Shown here: positions 63,701-64,000 of the stretch, piece by piece | How positions within the stretch are numbered: position 1 is the stretch's first letter | How the letters are laid out: each line of letters opens with the position of its first letter | Assembly: GCA_964417685.1 (NCBI GenBank) | Contig: CAYQIT010000002.1 | Coordinates: forward strand, 1,593 to 65,592 | Length of the DNA stretch: 64,000 bases | Source: an uncultured Gammaproteobacteria bacterium | GTDB taxonomy: Bacteria; Pseudomonadota; Gammaproteobacteria; Magnimaribacterales; D2472 | Direction of reading: 5' to 3' | Translations under genes and position numbers: made by a program | The notes under the pieces: generated by a model | Told to the model about the DNA's origin: nothing | Seen by the model: only the letters and a program-made list of their open reading frames with translations | Database searches by the model: none

Positions 63701-64000
63701 AAGCCATTAACTTTTGTAAATTTTGATGACGGCACAGGCACGATGGATGGAGTAATTGCAAGTGATGTTTTGGAAAACTGTCATAAAATTCTTAAAGAAG
63801 GGGCTATATTAGTTCTTAAAGGCGCCATAGAAATAGATGATTATCGCTCTAAAGAAATGGGCATTTCATCTTTTAGAATGCGGGTAAAAGATATTAAATT
63901 GGTTGATGAAGAGCTAAGTAAAAAGTTAAAAACAATAGAGATAGATCTATCTTTATCCAAAATAAGAGATCTTGATGAACTTTCTAAAATTATTTCAAGT
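60731..64000 (+). CDS. dnaE: DNA polymerase III alpha subunit (3' end cut by window edge, so absent from ORF track)
   Basis: ATG right after the rnhB stop; PHP domain, GRGSGAGS, MPDFDIDF, KFDFLGL, GYGFNKSH, C-terminal OB fold; 1090 codons in frame to the window end. Confidence 0.97.
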   Translation, partial: MSSPFSHLRVSSEFSITHGLLTIDQIVDKAKEYSTPSVALTDNLNMFGLVKFFNKCEAAGIKPISGSSIKVIFDGDDMPYELLCLAKSNKGHRSLMKIISKAHNNYNFSSPIISFKDLCELKDDLIVISGGRSSHIFELVRNERVQDLDLKLESFMKNFGDDFVLEIQNTKRLNEIDYIRKILPIAASRSIPVIATNDVMFAHRDDYDIHETKVCINTGRTLDDPNREKVFSSEQYFKSSDEMHELFGDFEEVLSNTNEIAKRCNVSIDTKEYFLPEYPVPNEHNFDSFLKELATKNLKQFINDLDESVQNEYLKRLDYELDQIKTMGFSSYFLIVYDFIEWSKNNEVPVGPGRGSGAGSLVAFAIGITALDPIEHGLLFERFLNPERLSMPDFDIDFCMEKRDKVIDYVSNKYGSGAVSQIATFGTMAARAVVRDVARALGRPYALGDRISKMIPFAPGMTLDKARKEQPIFEQTIKNDSEVREVVDLSYKLEGIARNVGKHAGGVVIAPGSISDFCPVYNDRQSQSVMTQFDKDDVEKIGLVKFDFLGLRTLTVIDRALKSINSSNSKKEIDLNKIPLNDPKVFELLSSGKTMAVFQLESSGMRDLIKRLQPTKFEEIVALLALYRPGPLDSGMHDQFVDRKHGKTPVTYPHELLEPVLSETYGVILYQEQVMEAARVLANFSLGEADILRRAMGKKKVEEMEQQRKYFKEGCEKNNIKPAVAERIFDLIEKFAGYGFNKSHSAAYALISYQTAYLKTYYPEHFMAAVLSTELGNTDKIYALTQECKRMNIDVLNPNILSSSKRFIVNKSNQIEYGLGAIKGVADSFIKHVCKIRETNKFKDLWDFSKKVDIKLGGKKSLEALAQSGAFDKIAPSRTIAIASVVDMLRDGSNKLNSNEQKSGDLFANIEQDFDPYAKYKDFKELSLSEQLSLEKKSLGYYLSGHPVNAIKKQIDVLRSSLIGNLNIDSKKGSIVGLINSVRQIRDRSGKPLTFVNFDDGTGTMDGVIASDVLENCHKILKEGAILVLKGAIEIDDYRSKEMGISSFRMRVKDIKLVDEELSKKLKTIEIDLSLSKIRDLDELSKIISS

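Noticed and set aside
856-63741. Short alternative-frame and antisense ORFs in the track (e.g. 856-1176, 31007-31375, 46828-47166, 53749-54072)
   Set aside because: All lie on top of well-supported conserved genes, lack SDs and recognisable motifs, and look like shadow ORFs
1-64000. CRISPR arrays, IS elements, integrases, prophage or defence genes
   Set aside because: No spaced direct repeats, terminal inverted repeats or transposase/integrase motifs seen; nearly every base is accounted for by housekeeping genes
60731-64000. 3.3-kb region with no long ORF in the track, possibly a pseudogene or non-coding
   Set aside because: It is dnaE, in frame to the window edge; the degenerate PHP metal ligands are normal for proteobacterial DnaE; no intein seen

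Overview
AT-rich (roughly one-third GC by eye), very compact core-genome window of a Gammaproteobacterium; the gene order and tiny or negative intergenic spacers suggest a streamlined marine lineage such as SAR86 (inference). Contents: secE-nusG-rplKAJL-rpoBC; rpsLG-fusA with no tuf; the S10, spc and alpha ribosomal clusters fused into 28 co-oriented genes; uvrA/ssb; a crotonase plus OYE pair; ispB-fabA-fabB; rplU-rpmA-obgE; rpsT; an orphan secreted protein; tmRNA-smpB; DUF3429, an NSS transporter, ratAB, bamE and fur; grpE-dnaKJ-dapB; and rpsB through dnaE, cut by the window end. rpmJ, dnaE and tmRNA are missing from the ORF track but present. I found no CRISPR, IS, prophage, intein or defence system, so this is not an accessory region. 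The strongest novelty candidate is a ~45-nt element between rpsJ and rplC that looks like a copy of 23S rRNA helices 18-20 (the uL4/uL24 site) next to the rplC ribosome-binding site, in an operon lacking room for most E. coli-type autoregulatory leaders. Next are a Trp-rich orphan beside tmRNA, a likely non-canonical ispB start codon, and a possible fatty-acid synthesis/degradation convergent pair. Comparisons to reference proteins and RNAs are from memory and need alignment.
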